This document shows positions 12,298 to 24,763 of a stretch of 64,000 nt of DNA, in pieces. Under the pieces are notes generated by a model. The model did no database searches. It saw only the letters and a list, made by a program, of their open reading frames with translations, and was not told where the DNA came from. Source of the DNA: Dudresnaya verticillata (Eukaryota); contig OZ374557.1 of assembly GCA_977862235.1 (NCBI GenBank), positions 1,364,001 through 1,428,000 on the forward strand, given 5' to 3'. Positions within the stretch are counted from its first letter, which is position 1; every line of letters starts with the position of its first letter. Made by a program: the position numbers and the translations under genes.

Positions 12298-14956
12298 GCC
12301 TTGAGCGCGGGCGACCGTGGTAACGGTGGTGGTGGCGGAAAGGGTCGTGACCCTGGCCTTGGTGACCGCGACGCTTGCCTTGGCGCATCGATGGGGTGAT
12401 TCAGACCCGGACGAAATTGAACTTGCCTATTTCCGCCGGCGCCCGTCCCCATATTCTGACGCGTGCCTGTTGGTGGCCCAATCGCTTGGCCTGTCGAGGC
12501 CGGTCCATTTGTGAAGTAGGGAAGTCGCCCCACAGTTGACAACCATGCCTTCTGCTCATGCGAGAGCTCTTGGAACTGCCTCCTTTCTAGAGTCTCCAAA
12601 GACTGTTCGTCCGTACGCGCCAGGTGAGGGCAATTTGTCTTTTTATGGCCGACGCCACAACACTCAAAGCAGATGTCATTTGGTTGGTCCTCGACCGTCT
12701 GCCATCCAGGACCCTGCGTCCTTGTTGACTGAGCCCAGGCTGGAAGCCTATGGTTGTAGTTTTGGATGACCGCATCCACTTCGCCATAATATGGCTGGCC
12801 ATAGGAGTACTGCCCGGAGGACCAGCTGTCTGATTGGGTTGCCGTTGATGGTGGCGCTTCTTCATCTATAGCCGCGACGACGGCATCTTCGTTGTCGTCC
12901 TCAGAGTCGCTACTCTTTGAGGATTCGGAGTCAGATGCTCCCGACCGCCTCGACTGGCGAATGAGCAGTGCCCGACCAGGTTTGTGTGTCCGTACCTTTG
13001 CGAGGGTTTTCTTGTGCAGCGCTGAGGTCGCTTTCTTCGATCGGCCACCACCCACTAGGGCACGATGAGAATCTCCCTGGGCGGTGGCGAGCTCGACATA
13101 ATCTGCCAAACGGGCAGTCCGTGGGTTCAGAGAGGTAGTGCTTAACAGCGGTTTCACCGCGGGGAGAAGACCCCTAATAAAGCGTGTTATTACGTCTTGC
13201 TCTGTGTCGACCCCAGCGACTCGTCGCGCCTGATTTTGCAACCGTCGAGAGAAGTTGACCTCGTCCTCATTCGGTTCTTGTGCCATCGTGTCCATATCAG
13301 AGGCGATCCTCTCGATGTAGACGTCTTTCGCATACGTGCGAAGAAGGTAATTGACGGCCTCCACCCACTCGGTGAATCCACCATTATCATCTCCTGCAGC
13401 GTCGAAGTTCGCTTGAAACATGTCTTTGGCATCTTTCTCCAGAAATTCTGGGATGACAAGGATAGCTGCTCCTTCACTAATGTGAGCTTGGTCCAGCTGT
13501 CGTTTCAGCGTTGCGAGAAATCCAATAATGGATACTGGGTCACTTCCGTCGAACCGGCGACTTCTCATCACGGTCTTCACCCGTTTTATCTTCTTCGTCG
13601 TAGTCTCCGTGACTTCGGGTCCCCGGTAGTCATCCAGGTTCAACGACCTATACTTCCTGTACGAGAGTACGGGTATGAAAGCAGGGTTCCTCGGAATCAA
13701 TTCCTTCAAACCGGAACGCTGGGGTCCCTTCCAAGAAGACCAGGAGGGTCTGGAGAAAGTTCTTGACTGTGGCGCTTCGTCCTCGGACGGACCTGAGGTA
13801 GAGTATGCTTCCTGATGGGGGTCCCCGCAATGTCGATGGCAAGAATGCCTATCGGGGCGAGAGCGAGGTTGACTCGGTCGGCTACAATTACACCCCCGGT
13901 GATTTGGACACCGGGCCATTTCCTCATCGTCTTGAGATTCGTGGCCTGACCCGTGATGGGGTAACCTTCTGCGACGGTCTCGCGTGCCTCGAGGCACTGG
14001 CGAACGACGCCGTATTATCTCAGGGACGACTTCCCTTTCGCGGTTGAGTCGCAGCATTTGTGCTGCTATCATAGCGACTCGAAGCTTCTCCGCATCGAGC
14101 TCCTGTTGGAGGAGCTCGATGCGTCTGTCTTGTTCAGCACAACGAGTGTTGTCTACACCCAACTGGGCGTCTGAAATAGCCAAAGCGGCTTCTTGTCTTG
14201 AACGGTCGGCGTCCGTTGTAACCTGGTCTAATTCCTGGTGGACCAAGTCTAATTGGTCTCCCAAGGAATCGACCTGGGCTTGTAGGGTCTCGACCCGTTC
14301 TTCATCTACTCCTCGAGAGGAGGTTTGTCGACATCGAGAATCGATCTCTTCTTGGACCTTTACCAACAATTGATCGCCCCGGCGGGCTGTTGAGTCGTCG
14401 AAATAACGCTTCACCCTCGAGAGGGTTTCGTCAGCTTGACTCTCGAGCAACGCTCGGACGCTCGTGACGAGAGCATTTTCGATGCCCAATTCAACCATCT
14501 GGCCTATCTCGAGTTCTGAGAAACACCATTGGTCGGTCGAATTGGCTTTCGTTCTCATTGGCACCCCTATGTCCGGGGGCAATGATGACTTCGTCACATC
14601 TTCTAGGGCCTGTCCGCCCGTCCCGTGCTCGCTAGCCCGACTGATGGGCGGCGGCGGCATACTAGGGTCAGGAGCCTCATTCGCGCTGTAGTTGGCGGCG
14701 CTTGCGGAAGCGGTCCTGACCGTGTTTTCTTCATCGGGACCTGTCCCTTCTCTGGAACAGGTGTTTCCTCATCTCCTGGAACGCCCGCCATTCGGGGCGG
14801 GCGTTCCACTTCTCCTACTAAAGGATTTTGGCCAAGAGCGGCGACGGCTGCACGGGTTCTCGTCCCAATTGTCCTCACGGAGGAAAGACTGCCGGAACGG
14901 CTTCCACCACGACTGGTCAATCCCGGTCGGGTGGTCTCGCCGTTGGAAGTCGGCAT
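12288..14956 (-). pseudogene. gag: Element B gag, copy 1; 1-nt deletion near 14735 relative to the intact copy 2
   Basis: ORFs 14603-14956 and 12288-14660 are joined in copy 2. CCHC knuckle CFECCGVGHKKTNC. Confidence 0.9.
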
Positions 14957-15392
14957 GTTCAGGTCGGTCTTGTCTGCTCACGAACGAACCTGACCGCGCA
15001 GCACCCTATGGCGTCCTGGTTCGCTTGTGGACTCGTCTTCACTCAAATGGTAGCTTGCTACCACTCCTTCTTGCCGATTGACCCATGCGGCGGGCTACAA
15101 GACACCTATGTTGTGCCGGTCCGCAGCTTCGCGCTCAACCTTGCGGGGGAAACCCCAAAGGGAGAGGTCCAATTCCTTTACACCATCCAAACGTCGTATG
15201 GGTCGGGGCCCAAAAGGCTTCGTGCCGGGTCCCAGTTGCAAGTTGGGGGGCTTCAACCATCTTGGACGCTTGGGGTGTTGGCAACGTCTTCGTCTTGTTC
15301 GTGGGTATGCGAAACAATGCGAGAATTGCGGAAATGCCTCAGAATACTGACAGTTTCTTTCTTCTTTGCGCGAACAGTAATGCGGTCATCTG

Positions 15393-18300
15393 CTATTTGC
15401 GAACGATCCACTGCTCCGGCTGAATGTTTAGCGAACCGGAAACAACAACTTCTCGCAACTGTGCTTGACTCACCATCTTCGTCAAGCCATCAGCGATGTT
15501 GGAGCTACTGCGGACAAACCCGATGTCCGAGATCGTCTTATCGTGGAACCCTTCGCGTGCCGCAGCGATTTCAAGCATCATCCTCTTCTCAGATGTTCTG
15601 GAGCCTTTGGATATGACGTCGAAGAGACTCTTGCTGTCGGTTAGAAGTTGGACCGGGACAGTCTTGTTGAGAAGAACTCCAAGCTCAACTGTGATGGCGA
15701 TGGCGATGTCGAACATGTTGGAGAATGCTATAACTTTCCCGGACACATTGCTGAGCGAGTCACCCGTCTTGACTTGTACGACTTGAAGCTGACCGGGACT
15801 GAAGATCCACTGTCGTCAGTGAGAATCACAACGTGGCCAAGCTGGGAACTGAGATCCGTGTTGTTTGCGAAAGAGGCGTCCGAGAATCCAACCACCTTAA
15901 TGGTGTCTGACTTCAACCGTGGGATGCGTAGGCGGACTCGATGATCAACAGCGTACGTTACAGCCTTGTTGAGACGTCGAATGTTGGCTTGGACAATGTC
16001 CATTTCAACGTTGACGTTGCTTATGCCTGGTGGGGTCAACAGCGGTATGGAAATGCGACCGAGTGACTCGTACGTGGCGTCGGCAAAACGAAACCTGTTG
16101 CGCGAGGGTATGAGTCCTCGGGAATGTATGCCTGCAGCAGTAAGGATGCGATGCATCTCTTTGCATCCTACGACAGACTTTGGAGCCCCAATGTCCACAC
16201 AGAAGCCAGCTGGTCTTGTATTCCGTATCTCCTTTCCAAGAGAACCAACGTGGATGTCTACCATGAATATGTCTGGTGGCTTGCTGGGTTGGGGTGGGTG
16301 GGAGTGCCTCGGGACTGCTTTACGATGATGCTTCTTCCATCGCTTGTTCGGTCGGCGACAAGGCTGAGGAATTACATGCTCTTGTCGCCTATCCAAACAT
16401 CCTGCGGCATACCAGCCGAGATGTGGTTGGTTACAATCTCCGCTTCCAAGTTCTCGATAGGGTCTACGAAGTTGGTCTGGATTCCGGTGTTGGCTAGAGC
16501 TGCGTCGAAGCGATCTAGTTCATACTCTGCTGGTTCACCATAGTGGACGTCTGCATCTTCCTGATCCTGACAACTTGTGAGTTCCTCCTCCATGTCTCCG
16601 ACAAGAGAAGCAACGATGTGCGTGGCATCTTCACCACGAGCAATACGGCCCCGGATGTTGGACTGTATGGCTCCTTTCGCGCAACGATGCCTTGGCTTCC
16701 AATTGCCAGCACCACAGCGAAAGCACTCATTGCGATGTCTAGCATCAGCGAATGTGCGTGCAGCATTGTTTCGTTGCTGGCTCCGAAGTTGTGCACCAGG
16801 GTTACCACCTTTAGAACCGTAGCGCGAGCGTTTGCGCGCGTTCCGACCATAGTGAAGCATATGAGTCTGGACACTGTTGCTGTGCCGAAGGTTGTCTTCT
16901 TCGGTGAGTCCTGGGAAGGTAGACTGGCGCGCATCTCCACTTGTGAGCAACTCCAGCTGACGAAGATTCTGGATGGACTCGTGAAGCGTGGTGACGAACG
17001 CGTTGAAGCTGTATCCTTGCGACGTGATGTTGTGTATCGGAATGCGGGACCATTCTTGGAACTCAATCACTGCTCGGCGGAGGTAGTCAACCTTATGAGC
17101 ATCAGAGCGAAAGTCCTTGGGGCATTGCGGTACAAGCTCGTTGATTGTCTCAACTAGCTTCGTCAAGCCATGTGCGACATCAGAAATATCCTTCTTGGTC
17201 ATGAAGGTCCGGAGACGAAGAGTCTCAAGAGTGCCTTTGACTTGGAGCTGACGAGCGTCGGAAACATGCTCCTTCATCATGACTTAGGTCTTCTCCTGAT
17301 ACGACATATCCTCTCGCGTGTGTTCAAAGTAGAACTTACGCGCAGCGCCATCGAATGCATGAACAAGAAGTTCTGCCTTGTGTGCCTGAGAGAGATTGTA
17401 CTGCTTTGAGCAGACTGCGTACAGCTTGAAGGTTTGATGGATGTCTTGAGCCAGGTGTCCGGAGAACTTGTATCCCTTGAACATCTGCTGGACATAGTTA
17501 ACCTTGCGAAAATCATCGCGCTGGTCACGATCATTGTCGGCAGAGTAGCCTCGACGTTGATCTGGGAAGCAGGTGGGAGGGTTTCGACCTCGGTCGTTGT
17601 GACCTGCTCCATCTCCGAAGTTGTTCGGCGGGGGTCCCCTGTTCGGGCGATGAGAACCTCTTCCAAAACCTTGAAACGGCGGACCATGAGGCTGATCGCC
17701 ACTACCGGGCTCGGGAGGTGACGGGCCGTACTTCTTTGGACCTTCGTTGGATCCATACCGATGCTGTACCATGTTCGGATAACCGTGATTCTCGTTGTTA
17801 TGGGCTGGTGGGGCGCGCGTATAGTAACTCCCATCGGGGACGCCAGTTATCATGTGCGCGTCATCGTCATCCCGCGTTTGGGCATACGAGTTTGCAGCGG
17901 AGGGATACATCTGCTGCATGTTGTTGCCACGAACAAATTGGTTGTTTCCCGAGCGATGGCGGGGATGATCAGCGACGTTGGTGGTAACACCGTGAATTGT
18001 AACTTGGTTCTTGTCGACTCGGATATCTTGTTGCATCGGAGCTTATTGGTCTTGACGGGAGATGGTATCTTCTCTCTCCTCAGCAACTGAGCGTTTCACA
18101 GTATTATTCTGGAAAGGAAGGTGCATGAGTGGGTTCGGAGATCCACGACAAGCCTTGAACTGGCGTACAGCATCGATGGAGAACTCAGCCGTCATCCAGT
18201 GAAGAAGCATAACCAAACGAGACTGACAAGTCCTTTGTTCTTCTGCTCAGTGTCTGAGAGGCTGAATTTGTCCCAATACTGTTGGGGGACATCATCAAAC

Positions 18301-18662
18301 TCGTACAGTCGGGCCACCTCAAACAGACTGTTGACTGGGAAAGTAGGCACCTTGAAGAAGTCTTCTGTGAAGATCTTCTTGGGCAGCGGTAGAAGCTCCA
18401 TCGCAAATCTTGCGGCCATCTCGGTAGGAGGCTTGGCTTCCACTTCTTCGTAATCTCCTGCACTGCTCGCTGGGGCATCTGAAAGCGGGTAGGAAGAGAG
18501 AACAGAAATAGCAACGTTGATCAGCTTCTGCGAAAGGTCATCAGTAAGGTTGGAATTCCTCAGGCAGCGGATTAGGTTGGCAGCCTTCGTCTTGAACTCT
18601 TTTCTTGAAGTCTTCTTGTCTGCGGCCGAAGCCTTGGTATGACTGCGTGTGCTCGCAGTCAT
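15393..18662 (-). pseudogene. Ty1/copia-type polyprotein relic: long gag, protease, then directly RNase H (IN and RT deleted)
   Basis: Knuckle-like CFRCGAGNWKPRHRC. Protease CVDIGAPKSVVG..FRFAD. Copia RNase H FSDASFA..SQLG..KSRRVTRS..LTDSKSL..NIADGLTK. In-frame stops and frameshifts. PPT-like AAAGAAGAAAGAAAC (minus, 15353-15367). No matching LTR pair found. Confidence 0.85.
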
Positions 18663-20051
18663 TTTTTTCGGACGGTGTGGGTTACGATCGTAACAAAATC
18701 TTGAGCGACGAAGTCGGCGCGTGGAACCGGGTAGGAATCCGGATTGTCGTCCGTAGCCGGTCAACACGCGCGCGCGGCGTGAGAATGGTGTACAATCACC
18801 GCTCTGCGGGCACGGCGCGCAGGGTCGCGGAACGGGGAAAGGGGCGCGAGCGGGGCGCGAGCGGAGCGAGCGGGTCAGAGAGGTGGGCGAGGTTTATCGA
18901 AGCAAGGGAAGAGGGCTACGGCAGACCACCGCGGCTGACGCAACGGACGTTCTCGTCAACGCTGCTTACTCTTCTACTTCGATCGTGCTCTCGAGGAGCG
19001 GCGGTGGTCTGCAGTGGTCAGCGGGGCTTGAAGTAGCCCAACCAGTTGCAGTCGGACGCGCGCGTCGCGCGCGGACGGCGCGTTGGTCGCCGACGGCGGG
19101 GGCACTGTAAGGTATCTTACAGTGCGACTCTGCGACAAAGATGGGTCCAAATCGACAGAGGACTCTGACCAGGCCTGCAATCTCCGCTGCATAATACTGT
19201 ACTACTGTACTGTACCTGTGCTCCCTAGGCCCCCAATAAAGCTCGAATCACGTACCTGTGCTCGCGAAGTAACACGAAGAAACCCAACTACTCTCGACTG
19301 AGAGTACTCTCATGTCAGCATTGGGCCAAACCCGATAGGATCAAGCCCCTCCGCAAACACCGATTTGTGGTTCTCATCATCCCGTTCAAAATTTCGATTA
19401 GTCATGTACCTCGTAGGTGGCTTTTGCCGCCACTACAGTCATCTCTCGATTAGTGAAACCCGTCATAACGGGAACCCCCCATTACAGAAACCGAAACGGG
19501 TCTCCGCACTTGGGAGAAGCGAAATTATATCAAAAAAACAACAGTAGTTCCACTTTCGATATCTGAAACCGACATTTCACGCCCGAGGGGCACCACTACA
19601 ACGTTCATATTGTAAAAAACGACCGTTAAAGGCCTCCAGGCGATCATAATGACGGCGTTAGAGCTGAAATGTAGCCTTATTTAACAGAAACGCCTTTCAC
19701 GGCAACGCTAGAGTAGACTAACTCCCAGACACTCTACCATGACGCTTATCACCCTCACAATTCTCCAGAAAAAAATATGCCAGCGAATTGCGGAGAGATA
19801 TGGGGAGGACACGCCGCCCTTTAGACGTTGTATTGCGCAGACACAGCGGGCTGTTAAGGCGGCGTCATGCACATCTGCCAGGCAGACTAGGATAGAGAAC
19901 TACTTCCAGTAGAGTTTTTAATTACTGTGCGGTATGAGGGTTGTTTACTCTCTTCAGGTTGATATTAAAATGTTTTCTACCTTTTCCTAAGTGAAACCCC
20001 CTTATTAGAGGAACCAACTTGGGTCCACGGACTGGTTCCTCTTATCGAGAG

Positions 20052-21172
20052 ATGACTGTACCTGTGATACAATCACCCCCCATTATGCTACCATCCCCAG
20101 CATTCACGGTACCGGTGCCCAGAATGCCATTGTTCTCTGGCTCTACCCACCGCACCGCACCTAGTCGATATTCGTCGCCGCACACCACGGCTGTCCTGCG
20201 TCGTGTGAAGAGAACACACCAAACCACTCCGGACCCAACGCTACAGGCACGTGCGCGCCGCGCTGCAAAGCTGTCTGCGGCACGGAAGACTCTGCGCAAG
20301 CGCCTCGGGGCCGAGCCGCCTGTCCTGTCCGCAGTCCCGCTGGCAGCAGTCGCGGACGACTCCGTCTCGGCAGACCTGGAGCACTGGCGCGCGGTGTTTT
20401 CCGCGCGCAATGAGATCACAATCAAGTGGCTTTGGCTCGTGGCTGCTGTGTCGCGCAAGGCCCACCGTACTGACGTGCACGCATTTCCAGAGATGCGTGC
20501 CGCTCTCACCCTTGCCGATCTCGCACAAGAGGGCGTCTGTGGCCTGCTCGGTACGGTGGAACGGTGGAACCCGCACCGGGATTATGCTTTCGACGCTTTC
20601 GCATTTTACAGCATCAAGCACGCTATATTGAGGGCAATTGAGAACCAAAGCAGGGTGATACGCCTTCCGGTGCACGTTCTGAATAAACTCTCCCGTATGC
20701 GAAAGATGAGAGAGAGCATTGCATACTACGATGTCAATAAGTAACCAGCGTGGAGGAGGTTGCGCGAATGGCCGGTGTGGACGTGGACGAGGCAGAGCTT
20801 TACCTCGACCGAAGCAAGACCCTGACGAGTATCGATGCGCCGCTCTCTCGCCGGTGCCAGGACGGCTTTCATACAACACTGCGCGAGTTCCTCGTTGACC
20901 ACTCGCAAGATGTTGCCAGACAGGTGGAGCGGGAGTGCACGCATGAGGCAGTTGCTGACCTTGTTCGTGCTACTAACTTGGAGGATCTGGAACGCTCTGT
21001 TGTGTTGCTCCAGTATGGCTTGAGAGATGGAGTTGAGAGGGTGCGCGCGGAGGTTAGCCGGATTCTGGATGTAAGAGTGGAGAAGGTCCGACGCGCTGAG
21101 CTAAGTGCTCTGAAAAAGCTCCGGGAGACTGTCGGGGATGATCTCGCAGCTTGGGCAGAGCTCATTTCCTGA
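20052..21172 (+). CDS. Nuclear-encoded, probably plastid-targeted sigma-70 family factor; divergent; split by an apparent 1-nt deletion at ~20740 (pseudogene or sequence error)
   Basis: S/T/R/P-rich N-terminus with a PAF motif. LGAEP resembles LGREP. Region 2 DLAQEG..GL..VERW and RAIENQSRVIRLPVH. Region 3 SVEEVA..SIDAPL. Region 4 ERSVVLLQYGL.DG...ALKKLR. Confidence 0.85.
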
Positions 21173-22634
21173 GTTCCTGAGGCTTACGAAGTCCCCGACT
21201 TCTGAAAGTCGGTGGTGTTTGGCGTCTTGCTGTTACGTTGTTCCAGATTGTACAGTACTACGTGTTTCTGCTTTCAACGCCCAAGGAATGGATGCGTTCC
21301 ATAGACATTCAGGAAGACAATACTGTATGGATGTGCCTGCATGGGTAGGTTTCAAATAGAATCAGCTGCATTCCCGCTCCATGAATCAAAGTTCTCCACT
21401 CAAAGTGAAATGGCACTCATTATCGCACTTCATTGAATTGTTCCTGTTGCGCAAGGTTCTAGCACGCTGTGGCTTCGGGACAGTCGGGGCGAGGTTGCCG
21501 TTGGTGCACCGGTCAACATCTTGGTCACAAGGCCCTCTCTAGCTCCAGGCAAGCAAGCTCAGTGCTCAACACTTCTCAGCTGATGTGATACTATAGAAGC
21601 GTATCCCCTCCTAGCTACAGCCGGGAGCGGGACAAAACCGCCTACGGGACACAACCGCCTACAGATGGGATCCAGCCATCAACGACGTACATTGCATGGC
21701 ATCTATGACCCGAGTTAGTACTTCCCGTGCAGGCAAGCAAGTGGACATACGTTTGGAGCGCCATGGAATACTGTATCGTGTAGCGAAGCTCTTTACCGTG
21801 TGAAGACCGCCGAATGTCGTTGCGGAACTTCTGTGACCCGGACGCTGACCCGCTGCTCATCCCGACCCAGACCCTACGAACAATGACCTGTCTGTTGCTG
21901 GTTAGGTGGACGGTGCCCCTATGGTTTTCCAATGACAGGGAGGCTCAGGTGCTCGCGCTGGGGGGAGGGCAAGTTGGACAGACTTGTACAGCTCTAAAGG
22001 ACGTCGTACGCGCATATCTACATGTAAAGTATTATACTGTACTGTACAAAAGCAGGGAACTGAGAACCTCGGAAACAGTGGAGTCCGCCAGTGGTGTGCT
22101 TCTTGAGAGGAAACGGACATTTCTTCGCACGGCTTCGGTGTGCGAGTAGGGCACGTTCAGCACCGTGGATATAACGCTATAGCAAGTGGTTTTCCAGTAA
22201 AGTAGATATAACTGCGCAGGGAGGTACAGGAGCGTTACATGCGAAAACAGGCCGTTTATGAACAACCTCGCAAGGTACACGGCAACGAAGGAGAGCCAAT
22301 CATTGTATGCGCACGTATGCTGGAAATGAAACCTTTTTGTTTTGAGATAATGTCGCATTTAGTGGGGCGACAGGGTCCCATTTTGTGGGAAACCGGGGGT
22401 GAAATCGGAACATTTGTTGCAATCAAAGGGCGACACATGCTGATTTGGATGAAGTACACATCCGACATTGCGTTTTTGGTTGGAAGTAGTATGGTGAAAA
22501 TTTTCAAGCCCCATCCGACAAATCCGGTAACGACGGTGACGTGCATTGTTTTGTTCACGACGGGGGGTGACAATGCAACTTTTGTTTACTCAGAGGGGTG
22601 AAATCGGATACTAGAGCGCTACTCCAATGCAGTG

Positions 22635-24763
22635 CTACTCCGCGGTATCCCCGTACAACTGCTTCAGAGGGCAATCTTTCACAGTGTGGTCAGTGAGACG
22701 ACAGAGAGAGCAGCTGTACATGCGCTTTTTCTTCGCAGCAGGGCCTTTCTCGTACCAGTTCTTCTTACGCTTCCCGGCGTTCTTGACCGGGCGGCCACGG
22801 GGTGGCGGTAAGGCTTTGGGAATCTGGAGGTTTGCCCTCTTTGCGACAAGCAGCTTCGCATTACTTATAACCTCATCCACGGAGAGTTGGGAGGGAAGGA
22901 AGCTTATACTCCACGTTCTCGTATTGTTTCACACACGCTGCAGAAAGATGCCTACTGTCAATAAAGCGATGCAGGTTTCCTACTCCGTGCTTCTCAACAA
23001 TAACAGCACCTCCGTGCCAACATGGGAATCCCGATCCATTTGTGGAATACGCACAGCATAGTGACGGCGTCTGACGGTTTCTGCTGAGTGCCACATGGCG
23101 CAGAACTGTACCATTCTGCTGACTTGCCACAGTAGCTTCCATTTGCGACGTTCCATCCACAAATCTAACAGATGCCTGATACACACGAGCCCGTTGCGCC
23201 AAACGAGCGAGGTGCTTTTCCGTCCCAGCTGGGACGGGCGAAGAACACGATATCGCATTTTCCTGTCTGCGCAGAAACTGAGTCCTCTGCGCAAGCACCA
23301 GCCTCGTAAGCATCTTTTGTGGCTCTACAGATCGAATGTTGTTCCTGAGATCTGCAGACATCTGGCTCTCCGCTCCTTGAGATGTCGTTACCAGGTCCTT
23401 AAGTTTCGAAAACGCCCTATACAGCTCGCAGTCCGGGAAGCGGCTGAGATACTCCTTTTGTTTCTTTGAAAACTCTCCCTTGATGGTGTTCACTTCTCTT
23501 CTTGAAGGAGTATGAACGGCGCGTTCGTACAAACGAATCCCCTGCGCTTTATCGGATCCCGGCAGCGCAGACATGTTCTTCTTCACATGAAGCGGATCGA
23601 GGAACACGGCGGCGTTATTCATAACCTCTCAATACGCGGCGTCGATGGACTTCTCTTGATCCACGATTGTCACCCTCTTCTCGATATCGAAGCCCTCAAT
23701 GTCAACACATGCCTTAAAACGCTCGTCCACGACGCGATGTCTTCTGGTCCGACGAAGTGCGCGAAAACTATTGTACACAGTTGATGATTCGCATCGTACC
23801 CTACGACTTGAAAACTCGTTCCGTATGACGGGTAGCCGACGCTGTCGCAGTGTGTTGCATCTTCAGTCGCGGTGAGCCGTCCATTCGCGCAGTAGCTCTT
23901 CGCTATCGAGGGCACGAATATCAGACCACCGTAGTATCGTGCGTCGTCTTCAATGTCAGACACATCCACGTCTTCTGCATCGAAAACAGCATCCTTGGGA
24001 ATGTCACCCCCTTCTTGCACTGCTCGAAGATAGGACGGGCAGACTTCCGCCGTGTTTCCTTCATCTCCGTCCCTTCGCAAATTATCACTTCAACTTCATG
24101 CCCCGCTCTTTTCAGCAAATCGGCGTACTCTTCCAATGCAGCCATGTCAACCGCCCGAGAGACCGTAAAATGCCGAAGAAGCTCTCTTCGAACACTGCGG
24201 TAGTGACTGTACGGCGGTTAACGAAAATAGATGCGCTTGGCACGAACCACAGACTCAATAATCTTGCATGTTGAATTCGGGTCATGGTCGTGCATGTCCT
24301 CTAGAAATGCCCTCCCCACTTGCTGAGGGGCGTATGCCGGGGCGCAGGACGAAGAACGAGACGAGATCTTCATTGGACTCTCAGCGACGTGTTGCCCGAG
24401 ACATTCATTGAGGTGCTCCTGGTACTTATTGAGCTTCCAGAGCCCCGTCTTCGGCTGACAATCGAACAAGAATGTCGCCGGACACCCCTCGGTACGACAA
24501 CTCATGCGTACTTTGGCGGCAGTCTGGTGAAAATTAACACCCCGCTGGACGCCAAGGTTCGCTGTATGAGCTCGGATAAGCTGCTCACATCTCCACCGAG
24601 CGTTTAGCGCGATCCCAACCTTCACGTGCACATCCACAATTCCTCGTGGCTTCCAGGTCATTGCGGCCAACCGTTCCGCCCGCAGAGCTTCCCTGGCACG
24701 ATGCATAGCCCGGCGCTTCGATTGCCGCTTCTGTATGGCACGGCGTTCCTTCTTATCCAGCCC
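22635..24763 (-). pseudogene. MULE/MuDR transposase, disrupted
   Basis: Zinc-binding DBD C-x4-C...W...H..C. Catalytic-type motifs EDATH, GYDANHQL, TIVDQEKSI, DPLH and TTSQGAES. SWIM-like C..C..GFPCWH. PPRGRP. C-terminal CSLCRLTDHTVKDC. Confidence 0.88.

Larger units (their letters stand above)
1..14974. repeat. Segmental duplication copy 1 (direct repeat of 47869-62842; left end runs off the window)
   Basis: Sequence and ORF track recur at an offset of 47867-47868 with scattered SNPs and 1-nt indels. The match stops after ggtcttgtc (14974/62842). Confidence 0.97.
4685..14974 (-). mobile_element. Ty3/gypsy chromodomain element B, copy 1 (3' LTR to gag start; PBS and 5' LTR lost)
   Basis: LTR, PPT, and gag-PR-RT-RH-IN-chromodomain order on the minus strand. 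Identity to copy 2 ends 18 nt upstream of the gag ATG. Confidence 0.95.

Noticed and set aside
20741..20748. GTAACCAG as an 8-nt GT-AG intron that would restore the sigma frame
   Set aside because: Far below any known spliceosomal intron size, and the bases encode region-3-like residues. A 1-nt deletion is simpler.
20019..21172. Bacterial origin or contamination suggested by sigma-70
   Set aside because: The N-terminal transit-peptide-like extension and eukaryotic TE context fit a nuclear plastid sigma gene.
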